Assembly: GCA_964016885.1 (NCBI GenBank)
Contig: OZ024747.1
Location: 39,184,001 to 39,248,000, forward strand
Source: Eledone cirrhosa
Taxonomy: Eukaryota
Direction of reading: 5' to 3'
DNA length: 64,000 nt
This document shows positions 43,629 to 55,589 of this stretch, piece by piece; position 1 is the stretch's first letter, and every line of letters starts with the position of its first letter. The notes beneath the pieces were generated by a model, which worked only from the letters and a program-made list of their open reading frames with translations, made no database searches and had not been told where the DNA came from. A program made the position numbers and the translations under genes.

Positions 43629-44089
43629 ATGCTTGGCTTGTGTTCAGCAAGACTTTACAAGTGTGTACAATTAGTACCACGATAAAAATCACCCAGTAAA
43701 TGTGGTTGGCGTTCTGAAGGGCCTCAAAACCAAGCCAGAAAGAGTACTGTATGAGCAAAACACGGTCACATAATCTGAATCGTATGACAATAGGACAATT
43801 CGTCTAACTCATGCTACCGTGGACAGTTGACATAAAAAGCTGATGATGAAATTGTTTACATTTGTGAATTTTATTTCTTGTAAACCTTTTACTTTAAATA
43901 GCTTCTGTTATCAATTGTAACATATCAGATTTACCACAAATATGGTATGGTTTCGTAACTCCTGATGGAGTCGTAGCGGCGCCGTGTAGACATACGGCGT
44001 TTCTTGGGCATCCGTCTCCAGCAGATTTCTTCCAGAGAAATATAATATGCGTGAGAGAGGAAGTGAAAGGGAGAGATAAATGAAGAATC

Positions 44090-44240
44090 TACATCGACAC
44101 TAGACTAGTTTTTTCATCGAGCTCTAAAGGATAAAAGGCATATTTGACCTTGGCTGGATTCGAAGTCAGAGAAGAAAGCCGGAACGAATACCGTAAAGTG
44201 TTTATCCGACGTTCTAACGACTCTGCCCAGCCGCCGCCTT
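44090..44240 (-). mobile_element. Degenerate tRNA SINE
   Basis: Minus strand reads ggcggcggctgggcagagtcgttagaacgtcgga..gacttcgaatcc..gccttttatcctt. Confidence 0.65.
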
Positions 44241-44927
44241 CCACAAAATAATATCTGGATAGTCAAAATGGGGTGTTTCTTGTACTTTCATGAAACGTTG
44301 CAAAGGAAGAGACGGATACAGAATGTTTGTTCTGCATCAATGTTGCAGACGTGAGAACTTCCACGCAGGAGAAAGAATGTGGTTAGTGCACCTGTTGTGT
44401 TATGATTTCTTATTTCCTTTAAATAGAGCTACACATTTAATTATTGTTTACAATTAAAAGACAATATTCTATTTTACATAGAAAATGCTTTAGAATATTT
44501 GCGCTGGCAGTGGTATAACAGAATGTATACATTTGCTTAATATCACCTGTAAAGTGAACATTTTATAGATCATTTTACCTAAAAATAACCCCGAGCACGA
44601 AATTTCAGAAACTTAAAACAAGATAAAAGAAAACTACTTCAATTCCCTCCAAAGCAATGGAATTAAAATAAATGATATGCTTCCTCAAACCAAAATTTAA
44701 TGTCAGTATTTTGTTTTTATATTTTTTTTATCTGCAAACGAAAGCAATTCTAAATATTTATTCCAAAGAGAAAATGTACTAAACTAGAGACATGTTTATG
44801 GTGATGTAAATATTTCTCTCACTTTCATATTTAAATAACATAAATATGCATATACTGTATTTTTCATTATATAAATATTATCTTCAACTCACTAAGAATA
44901 TGCACATATATGTAATGTGTATACAAT

Positions 44928-45000
<73 letters not shown>

Positions 45001-45038
45001 ATATTAAATAAATGGAAACTATATTTTTAAAACCATAT

Positions 45039-45100
45039 TTATTCTATTATATATATTTCAAGTGTACCAACATTTTGGTACGCTGTCTTCAGATAAAATA
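45039..45100 (-). ncRNA. Type I hammerhead ribozyme (mirror copy)
   Basis: tattttat-CTGAAGA-c-agcgtaccaa aatg ttggtacact-t-GAAATATATATA-atagaata. Confidence 0.72.
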
Positions 45101-45130
45101 CAAAATGTTTCATAAATATTTGACATTTTG

Positions 45131-45191
45131 TATTTTATCTGATGACAGCGAACCAAAATGTTGGTACCCTTGAAATATATATAATAGAATA
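45131..45191 (+). ncRNA. Type I hammerhead ribozyme
   Basis: tattttat-CTGATGA-cagcgaaccaa aatg ttggtaccctt-GAAATATATATA-atagaata. Confidence 0.7.
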
Positions 45192-45327
45192 AATATGGTT
45201 TTATAAATATAGTTTTCATTTACTTAATATCATTGTATATTATACTCCAGAAAATGTGTTGAGTGCTCTAAATCAGTTCTAAACATTTATATTTCTTGAA
45301 TTACCAACAAATTCAATATCACTTCTG

Positions 45328-45386
<59 letters not shown>

Positions 45387-45399
45387 ATATATATATATG

Positions 45400-45443
<44 letters not shown>

Positions 45444-45656
45444 TGTGTGGATGTGTTTCTGTCTCTGTTCTCGTGTGTGTATGTATGCACATATGTGTGT
45501 GCGTGGGTGTGTGAATGCGTGTGGTCTTGCATGGGTCTCGCATATATTTACGCAAATATTTAAATATGTAATTTTTTTCTATTTTGCAGGATTTAAAACA
45601 GTGAGGTATGTAACATTACATTTCTATAAAATCATGTCTATTTGTACATATATATA

Positions 45657-45733
45657 CAGGGTGCCCCCAAAATGTAGTCATACTGTGATTACAATGCTGT
45701 TGAAGTGTGTATACAATTTTGGGTGACGCTCTG
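45657..45733. mobile_element. Tc1/mariner-type MITE (77 bp)
   Basis: TA|CAGGGTGCCCCCAAAATG...ATTTTGGGTGACGCTCTG|TA: imperfect TIRs and a TA TSD. Confidence 0.7.
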
Positions 45734-45736
45734 TAT

Positions 45737-45785
<49 letters not shown>

Positions 45786-45807
45786 ATAATAAATTTTATT
45801 TTAATAA

Positions 45808-45856
<49 letters not shown>

Positions 45857-46556
45857 TGTGTGTGTGTGTGCGCGTGTGTGTGCGTGCGTGTGTGTGTGTG
45901 CGTTTAATTGTGTGTTTAAGGTTTGTAAATGAATGAGAATTGTTTATAACATGAAAGGAATTAAATATATATTTTAATACATTTGATATACATTATAATT
46001 GCATTCAACTGTTGGCTCTCTAGAAGAAGATGAAAATAATATTAAATCATTCATTTAGATGCTATCAAGGGGTGGAATAAATGTGTTACATTCAGATATT
46101 TCAAGTATCGGAAGTAGTGATTGCTGACCGAATATACGTTGTCAGAATTTCGTGTGGACAGGTATAGGAGGGGAAGCATTTTGTTCAGTGTACACTAAAT
46201 CTAATGTACAGACAAGTTTCAGAAATTGTCAGAAAGTGATAATACCAGCAGTAATACTAAATTTAGCGTGTGGGGCAATGGGCTGAAATGTGGAAATAAT
46301 TCATTTCCATATTTCAACCTATTATCTAAAGAAAGCGTAAGTAGATCAGGAATAGAGTGTCACTTCAAATATTTTGTTTCTATTTGAGGGATTGGATTTG
46401 TATGTGTGGCTATTTATATTAGAATACACCCACACACACATATATACCTCTCTATTTCTCTCTGTTTATATATATTCATATATGTGTGTGTGTTTGTGTG
46501 TGTGAGAGTGTATGTGGATTTATAAATAAATATATATATACATATATATATATATT

Positions 46557-47090
46557 TGAAAAAAAGGAAAATAATGATTTCATTTGTAGTGTTAAAATAT
46601 TTATGATTTAATGTTATAATATTATAATATTATAACATTAAATCATAATTTTTTCAACACTCCAAGTGAAGTCATTATTTTCCTTTTTTTCAAATATACC
46701 TAACTGTACCAAGGATGTCACACATTTTTCAATATATATATATATATATATATATGAAGGAAGTTATAGTTCACTTGAAGCATTGTGTAATGAGGTATAA
46801 ACCTTTGTATATGTATAATAAAGCCAAAACAATGCAGATATGAAAGCGGTTAAACCTAGTGTTCTAAATAGCTTGCCAATTCATGCATGAATTGGCATGA
46901 ATTGGCAAGCTATTTAGAACACTGGTTTAACCGCTTTACTTCCCTCCGAACAGCGATATTATCTCGAAAATTAAGGACATTTAAATAAATCTAAGGTAAA
47001 AGACTAATTGTCAACAATATCTTTTGCATTTGCTTTCTTTATTCTATGTCCATACCTGCATTGTTTTGGCTTTATAATACATATACAAAC

Positions 47091-47097
<7 letters not shown>
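46557..47097. repeat. Adjacent and nested fold-backs
   Basis: Hairpin at 46557-46696. Outer arms 46796-46842 and 47052-47097 enclose an inner hairpin at 46843-46938. Confidence 0.85.
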
Positions 47098-47147
<50 letters not shown>

Positions 47148-49480
47148 CAAAAGGGATATTTAATTTGTTAGTAATTCAACATATATATATATATATGTAT
47201 ACCTGATTTAAAGCTCTCCAGAAAAAACTTGAACCGTTAAGATCTCGTTCCCGGATATGTCAATATTTATAAAACAAACTTTGTATTTTATCTGATGAGA
47301 GCGTACCAAAGTTTTGGTAAATATGGTTTTATAAATATAGTTTCTATTTATTATTATCATTGATATATATATATATATATATAACGAAGGAAATGTGGTA
47401 ACGAACCAGGTGGACCATAACGCACCAAAGTACTCAATACTTGGGGTAGTAGAGTGGGTAATAGGAACCAGTACTGGTTCCTATATATATATATATATAT
47501 ATTAATTGTTTCTACAATAGACACAAGGCCAGCAATTATTCCAGTGTATTACTGGTACTTTATTTTACTTTCAATATATATATATTAATAAATATATATA
47601 TATTTATTAATATATATATATATATTAATAAAAGATTGAAGGCCATATTAAGTTGATTCGGGTTTATTTAAGATTCCGTTATAAACTTTGAAAGTTCCTA
47701 AAAAAAGACTTTGAATTTGGAAAATTCCAATAATTTCCTCGGAAACGTTTTTCTTTTCATGATACAGGGGTCCGGTCTAACACGTGGTGTCTTATCTTAA
47801 ACAGCCGGCCGAGTAGACTGGATATGTTTTATTTAGTATAAAATTTGATCATACATGACTAGGAATGTTTCCTGCTCTATGAGATTTTCAAGATAATTTT
47901 TAATGAAGAAAAGCAAAACAATTTCGCCTTGTTTCATTATGCGAGATGTTTGGGATGAAAGAATTTGAAATATCAGTTACAAATCACGCCATCATCATGT
48001 CACAATAGAAACTAGGAAACGTTACAAATGAAAATGCAGACGGTTAAATCAGTCACATAAACAACATCGAACCAATCATACGATCCCTGGCATTTGCGGG
48101 ACATTACTTCATGTGTTGGCCAGAGAGACGCGTTGAAATAGCCATTCTCACTCTCAGTCTTACTTATCTGTGTGGCCGATTCCACTCTAATAGCAGTAGA
48201 TAGAGTGGTCTTACGGTAACCAAAATCACCAGATATCCAATTATTGTGTATTGTATGGTGGCTTTGTTTTTTAATTGTTCAGTTGTCTTTCTTTTTTGTA
48301 TGTTTACTTTTAGAATTTGTGTTTCCTTTTATGTTTAATTATTATATCTATTTTAGTTTTGTCAAATGAGGTTGCATTGATACAACCCAATTCCCTACCG
48401 TGTGTAATATCGATGTTCATAGTAATTATCTAATTCTTTTCTTTCAGTTTAAGATAATTTTATCTCTTTCAGTTTAAAATAACAAGGATGATAGCTTCTC
48501 AGTCTCTGATATTTTGCAAATGAGAAACAACGCGAAACTGTCTCGTTGTAACACACATATTAAAGTACTATTATCATCTCATATAAACTAGATTTCTAAT
48601 TACATTGTAATTTATCGAAGAGTCTGTTATCAAGACATTCTATGCAGATTGCATTTTATAGCTTTAATAATTATATTTGTAATTTACTTGTAATTCTAAT
48701 TAGCTTGGAAACATGATTCCCTTCCTAATTAGCTTTCGTAATAAGATAGTTATATCTTATTTTCATTTGTTTTAATTCAGCATTAATGCATTCGACTATC
48801 TACCTCGTATAGTAATTAGTTTGCTTTAATTTCAAATATTGAATGTACAATATTCCACGTGATATTTTAGTGTTATTTGATTCTATATCCTTTTATTGCA
48901 TTTTATCAAAAGCATCCACATCAAATATTATGGTGTAGCATAACCTTCTTTATATAAGATTTGTGGGAAATTTGACTGCTGCCTTTAAAAGGTCTGGCAA
49001 CCAAAACTTGTTTCTATCGTTAATCAATTCTAGTGGCAATTCAAATGTAGCATACTAGAAACTATTTATATTGTACACATTAGAGAATTATGAAAATAGC
49101 GAACAGGCAAGCATTCCATTATCAAAATGAAGTTTTAAAGGCACATTTACCGCTCGACATTCTCACTTCTCTCCCTCTCTCTTACCCTCTATATCACCCC
49201 CTCCTCTCTCTCACCCTCTCTCAGGTAATGTGTAGCAATGCCATGATCTATAAAATTGTTTAAACTTTAGTTGTGTCCACATTTCACACTACATATGAAA
49301 TGCCTGAAACTACGAAACTACAAATTAATGTTTTCTAGCAGAATGGCCCGACGTTGCTCGGAATTTGATCTAGGGTTCATATATATTTGATATATATTTA
49401 TCCTTATCGAGCCTCGTGAAATAAATACGTTTGTTCATAATTTGTCATTGTGTATGCAAAAATATCTCTACATGAATATA

Positions 49481-49521
<41 letters not shown>

Positions 49522-50485
49522 AAAACAGTACAGAGAAGTACGGAATACCTCGGCCTCGGGATGGTGTCTATATTTTGTGATTATAAAAAAAATTCGTCGT
49601 AGATTACCACGGTTTTTTTTCCATGCGAAGAAAATCAATACATTATCGCGAAATAAATACTTGTGTTTATATTTTGTTATTGTGTGTCTGTACACAAATA
49701 TATAATTATATATTTATATATATATATATATTAGAAAGTGAGTTTTTTTTTTACAAAATAAAAAATAATCAAGGTGTCCTACTCGAGTGAAAGTATAAAG
49801 AAAAAAAGATGAAATCGAAAATGCAACTGGAGTATTATTTTGAAAAAAAAAATATTTATTTGGTTCCTTTACCCGTTTCGCAGTTCTTCTGCTTTTCAAA
49901 AGTAGAGTTGAGATGGATCGTCTGTTGTTTTTCTCACATCTGGTTGGTCTCTGAATGTTACTTGATTTATGTGGAAAAAAGTGGCTCGAAATGCCAGGTT
50001 TTTAGAGAAGTAATTTGATTGGTTGGTCAATAATTATAATAAATTTCGCGCCAGTTCGCGTTACAAAGTTCTTCAAACAGGGGGGGGGGGGGCACAGCTT
50101 GTTTTTTCATATATGAGTGTTTGAATTTCTTTTTACTTAAAAAAAAGGGCTGACGAAGGCTTTTTTTAATAAGCGTAATTTGATTGGTTATAAACGAAAT
50201 TATGGCTGTCAGGTGAACAAGTTTTCATTAAATTTTCGGAAATCGATTATGTAGCCTTTTTAGAGAATTTTATGACAAGCAAAAGATAATAGTCAAGAGA
50301 AATGGGATGGGAGAATTGTTCTGCTTCAGTGAATATGGTTAGTTCACTGGGGTGTCAGAATTCAGATTTCCTATTGAATAAAGAAAGTAAAGATATGTAT
50401 GTTTATTTGTGTGCTTGTGTGTGTGTAAGAATAAGTAAGGAAAATATGTTCATTCAAAAATATTCCTACTAAAGGAATCATTTTC

Positions 50486-50520
<35 letters not shown>

Positions 50521-52117
50521 ATATATATATTCTCTTCATCTTAACATGCTAACCATACTCCCACACACATAACACCCATACACACACATAAAAAAACCTC
50601 ACCCCCACACACACTACTCCCTCCCCCATTTCTACTAATAGAATCACTTTCCTACACACATATACACACACACACAAATATATATATTCTCTCCATCTTA
50701 ACATACTCCCCGCCACACACACACATAACACCCATATACACACACAACTCCCTCCACCATGTCTACTAATAGAATCATCTTCCAATACACTCACACACAC
50801 AGAAGCACACAAATAAACATACACATCTTTACTTTCTTTACTTCAATAGAAAATCTGAATTCTGACACCCCAGCGAAGTAACCATATTCACTGAACCAGA
50901 ACAATTCTCCCATCCAATTTCTCTTGACCATTATCTTTTGCTTGTCATAAAATTCTCTAAAAAGGCTACAGAATAGATTTCCAAATAAGGGCGCGGAAAT
51001 TTAATGAAAACTTGTTCACGTGACAGCCATAATTTCATTTATAACCAATCAAATTACGTTTATTAAAAAAAAGCCTTCCTGAGCCCCTTTTTTTAAGTGA
51101 AAATAAATTCAAACACACACACACAACACACACACACACAGACACACACACAAGCACACAAATAAACATACATATCTTTACTTTCTTTATTCAATAAAAA
51201 ATCTGAATTCTGACACCCCAGCGAACTAACCATATTCACTGAACCAGAACAATTCTCCCATTCAATTTCTCTTGACCAATATCTTTTGCCTGTCATAAAA
51301 TTCTCTGAAAAGGCTACAGAATAGATTTCCAATTAAGGGCGCGAAAATTTAATGAAAACTTGTTCACGTGACAGGCATAATTTCATTTATAACCAATCAA
51401 ATTACGTTTAATAAAAAAAAAGCCTTCGTCAGCCCCTTTTTTTTTAAATAAAAAGAAATTCAAACACTCATATATGAACACATAACTATGTGCGCCTCCC
51501 CTCCCCCTTGTTTGAAGAACTTTGTGACGCGAACTGGCGCGAAATTTATTATAATTATTGACCAACCAATCAAATTACTTCTCTAAAAACCTGGCATTTC
51601 GAGCCACTTTTTTCCATATAAAACAAGTAACATTCAGAGACCAAACGGATGTGAGAAAAACCACAGACCCTCCATCTCAACTCTAATTTTGAAAAGCAGA
51701 AGAACTGCGAAACCGGTAAAGGAACCAAATAAATATATATATATATTTTAAAATAAGACTCCAGTTGCATTTTCGATTTCATCTTTTTTTCTATATATAT
51801 ATATATATATATTGGTAAAAGGAAAAGAAAATGCTGACAAATTGTTCCCAATGAAAAATAGTTTAATTAGGAATAAGTAAACATTAGTAATAGTATTGGT
51901 TAGTATTCAGTTTGGGTTTTAAGTTTTACCGGTTGCGCATTTCTAATGCTTTTCAAAAATAATTTTGAGATAGAGCGCCCGTGATATTTTCTCTAATCTG
52001 ATTAGTTTTGGAAATTCTACCTGTTTTATGTAAAAAAAGTGGCTCCAGATGTATGAAAAAATGCTTGTGGTCAAAACAATTTAGATTGGTCGGTAGAGGT
52101 CATGTGAATGATAAAAA

Positions 52118-52375
52118 TTGATTTTCCCCTCGGCGTCGTCAGATATCCCGTTCGATTTCCGGCGATCCCAATTCCCGGTGAGACCATGTTTTGCCATGTC
52201 CATTAACAAGTCACAAGGGCAAACATTGTCGGTTGCGGGCATCCATTTGGGGGAGCCATGCTTCTCCCATGGCCAACTTTATGTTGCCTGTTCGCGCGCA
52301 GGGAGCAGGAATGGACTTTTTGCTTACTCTCCTCAAGGGATGACACGCAATATCGTCTACAAAGAGGTGCTATAG
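52118..52375 (+). pseudogene. Helitron RepHel PIF1-family helicase C-terminus (fragment)
   Basis: PFDFRRSQFPVRPCFAMSINKSQGQTL..CFSHGQLYVACSR..TRNIVYKEVL*. Confidence 0.92.
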
Positions 52376-52680
52376 ATGTTGGTGCAGGTGTTGGAGCTAT
52401 GCCGTCTGGAACACTATTTCCTGGTAGCGTATCCCATGGCTGACAGATCTGACACCCAGCGGCATCAGGGCCACCATCTTCCAACTTTGGTCTACTAAAT
52501 TCGCTATTGGAAGATTATTAATCCATCATTGATTGACCAAAATGCTAATTGGTTCGTAACTTTTAATAACCGGTTTATGCACTTAATTGATAAGCTTATT
52601 CGCTTTCAAACCACGTTTACCTGTATGTAACTTTTCATAGCAAATGAACTAACCCGAGCAACGCCGGGCTAAACTGCTAG
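52125..52680 (+). mobile_element. Helitron 3' end (helicase tail, hairpin, CTAG)
   Basis: cccgagcaacgccggg-ctaaactg-CTAG|T at 52653-52681. Confidence 0.85.
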
Positions 52681-52824
52681 TATATATATATAAACAGCCA
52701 ACATATACTCAATATATATATATATATATATTTAGTATATATTTTAGCTGTTTACCGACACCTCAGTATGCAGATTGGAACACTCGACGAAGTACGCAGG
52801 TTGGTTTCGTTACTCCGGAGTAAT

Positions 52825-53066
52825 GTAAAATAAAATAATTAAGTCAAATATTTAAAATTTGGCTTCGTTTATTAAAGGTGAACTGCTATATATATTTAGG
52901 TGACAGCCATCCTTGGCTGTGACCTCTTCAGGCAGTCCGAATTGGTGTGGTAGAGCCAGGTACACATGATGTTGAGATGTTGTTGAGGATGGCTGTCACC
53001 GAAATATATATAGCAGTACACCTTTAATAAACGAAGCCAAATTTTAAATATTTGACTCAATTATTT

Positions 53067-53073
<7 letters not shown>
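52825..53073. repeat. Fold-back pLTR fragment with hammerhead
   Basis: Arms are 52825-52912 and 52986-53073. Minus strand reads actgc-CTGAAGA-ggtcacagcca agga tggctgtcacc-TAAA TATATATA-gcagt; the other arm keeps GAAA. Confidence 0.75.
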
Positions 53074-53145
<72 letters not shown>

Positions 53146-53840
53146 TAACAGATTAAAGTTTAAGCAAAGAATCGCTGCTTTCACTCACTGAAACTAAAAA
53201 ATCAGTCTGTAGTCGCAGAAGTAAATATTTCGAAAAACGTTACACACTATGTATATATTTACACACCATCTATACATGCACACACACACATATAGCGTCA
53301 TAATGTCGTAATGCTGACAGTCAGACATACAGAGAGATATTATAAGGGCGCAACTTTATATCTATGCATCTATCTAAAAATAAAGACTAAGAATTATATA
53401 GAGAGATCGCTAAATCGCCTAATACGGTCCCTAGGGCATTGAAAATTTGAAATATGCTTTGCTCAAAACATTCATACAACCATAATTATTACATGTGTAA
53501 AGTTTGAAAACAATCGGTTGGGTGGATCTCGAGATTTAGGGAGTCAGACAGACAGACAGACATTCTCTGTTTTAGATATATAGATATATATGTGTGTGTG
53601 TGTGTGTGTGTGCCTGTATGTATGTGTGTGTGGGTGTGCGTGTAAAAGGTAAACAGAAATAACAACACAATCGGTAAAGTATATGGAAGGAATATATTAG
53701 GTTAACGCTAGGAAGTAGTAGGGAGAGGGTCTTAACGTTTCGGATGCTAGTCCTTTAGCCGAAGAAAGAATGAGAAATAAGATAGATTGAAGAGACGGGT
53801 GGGTGGAAATTTGAAAAAATGTCAGATAAAATAGCAGGTC

Positions 53841-53914
<74 letters not shown>

Positions 53915-53930
53915 GTGTGGGTGTGGGTGT

Positions 53931-54019
<89 letters not shown>

Positions 54020-54179
54020 GTTTGACTGTGTGTGTATATGTTTATGTATTCGTTTCGCAAGTTTTTTCATGTGAAATCGTGAGTTGAAACAGATATTGTT
54101 ATATTTGTGGATAGTTATGTTGCTAATTTTGCCAATAAAATTATAATCACTTTCATTCAGCCTTATTATTACTTGTTAA

Positions 54180-54362
54180 GGCGGTGGATTGGCAGTATCG
54201 GTAGAGGTTGGACGCCATGCTTTCTAGCATAGTTACGTCCCTTTACGGTCTGAGTTCAAATCCCGCCGAGGTTAACTTTGCCTTTCATCCTTACGGGGTC
54301 GATAAAATAAAGTACCAGTAATGTACTGATTAATTGCTGGCTTTGTGCCTAAAGTAGAAACA
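54180..54362 (+). mobile_element. Full tRNA SINE with TSD
   Basis: A and B boxes; TSD attattacttgtta on both sides. Confidence 0.92.
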
Positions 54363-54614
54363 ATTATTACTTGTTATTGGTTATTTATTGGTTCGTCATC
54401 ATACATGCTGCGATCTCATCAAGGAGTAATTTTCTTCTGCTTTGTGCGTCCTGTTTGTTCTGTTCTTATTTTGTTTACTCCTTGATGGAATGTATGCTTG
54501 CGTACGTATGTGTTATTTCATGTGGAAGTGCACATATTACTGTTATGGGAGTTGTATGACGTTTTTCTTGTGTGTAGGGGTAATTGAAGCCATGCTGGCT
54601 TAAAGATACACACG

Positions 54615-54655
<41 letters not shown>

Positions 54656-54673
54656 ATGTGTGTGTGTGTGTGT

Positions 54674-54714
<41 letters not shown>

Positions 54715-55589
54715 TGTGTGTGTGTGTATGTGTCTGTATCTGTGTTTCTATGAGTGTGTATTTTTTATTTATATTCATACACGGGGCAAAAGCCCCCACC
54801 TAAGATTTCAAGGAATAATTTTGACCAGATCCGCACATTGTAAGACGGATAAAATTTGTAAACTAGTCTTTAGGTGGTTAAAAGTGTTTGGAGATAGCGC
54901 AAAAAACATACCTAGTTAAAGTTTCCATTGTAACTCGACGATGTAAATTTGAAATGGCAAAGTAGGTGTGCTCGTGTTAGTGTGTAGACAATATAGCAGA
55001 TATATGGTATGATGTGGTGGTATGCAATATAGTGATGTCCGTATTTATTAAGCTTGGGGTTGTGATGTATCGAATGTGTACCATATTATGTAAGTATGGA
55101 AAAAGAAAATATTTGAGAACATATATAAATCAATATTAAGATGTTTGAAAGTCATTTGTATTTGTTTAGTGTATCCATTTACCAAGGAATTGGCCTTTGA
55201 GATGTAGGCATCCTTTAAACATTTCGTTCTTTTAGTTCTTTTAGTTATTTTATTTCTTTTATTGTTCGGAGACGACAAGCCTTGTAATTCTCTAGGTTAT
55301 TCACTGAAGCAAAGACATCACTTGATACCATTGGAGTGCTCTATGTATAGTACAGAGCTATTTAATTACATATTAAACAACACAATAATTAAATAGCTCT
55401 GTACTACACATAAAGCACTCTCCTTTCCTTTACCTTTCTGCGGAAATACTTAACACATAAACAGTTCCCACTGGGAATGTTTGGCGCACGCAATTTCTGC
55501 ATCTTGTAAATGTGACTGGGATCTTCCAGCCCGATAAGTTGTGCACTCTACGGTTAAAAGGAAATTAACCACCATAAAACATGGATATA

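Larger units (their letters stand above)
44995..45238. mobile_element. Compact fold-back of two back-to-back hammerhead units between TA-rich flanks
   Basis: 44995-45108 is inverted at 45123-45238. A deleted relative lies at 47260-47362. Confidence 0.85.
49335..53584 (-). mobile_element. Composite non-autonomous Helitron (same family ends as 11003-14777)
   Basis: 5' A|TCTATATCTAAAACAGAG-like end at 53584 with (CTGT)n, and 3' hairpin plus CTAG at 49335. It contains internal inverted and tandem duplications. Confidence 0.75.

Noticed and set aside
50148-50215. CTGACGA..GAAA..GTC in the Helitron interior
   Set aside because: Stems I and III do not pair convincingly.
49335-52680. TIR DNA transposon
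   Set aside because: The inverted ends are two Helitron 3' hairpin-CTAG termini and there is no TSD.
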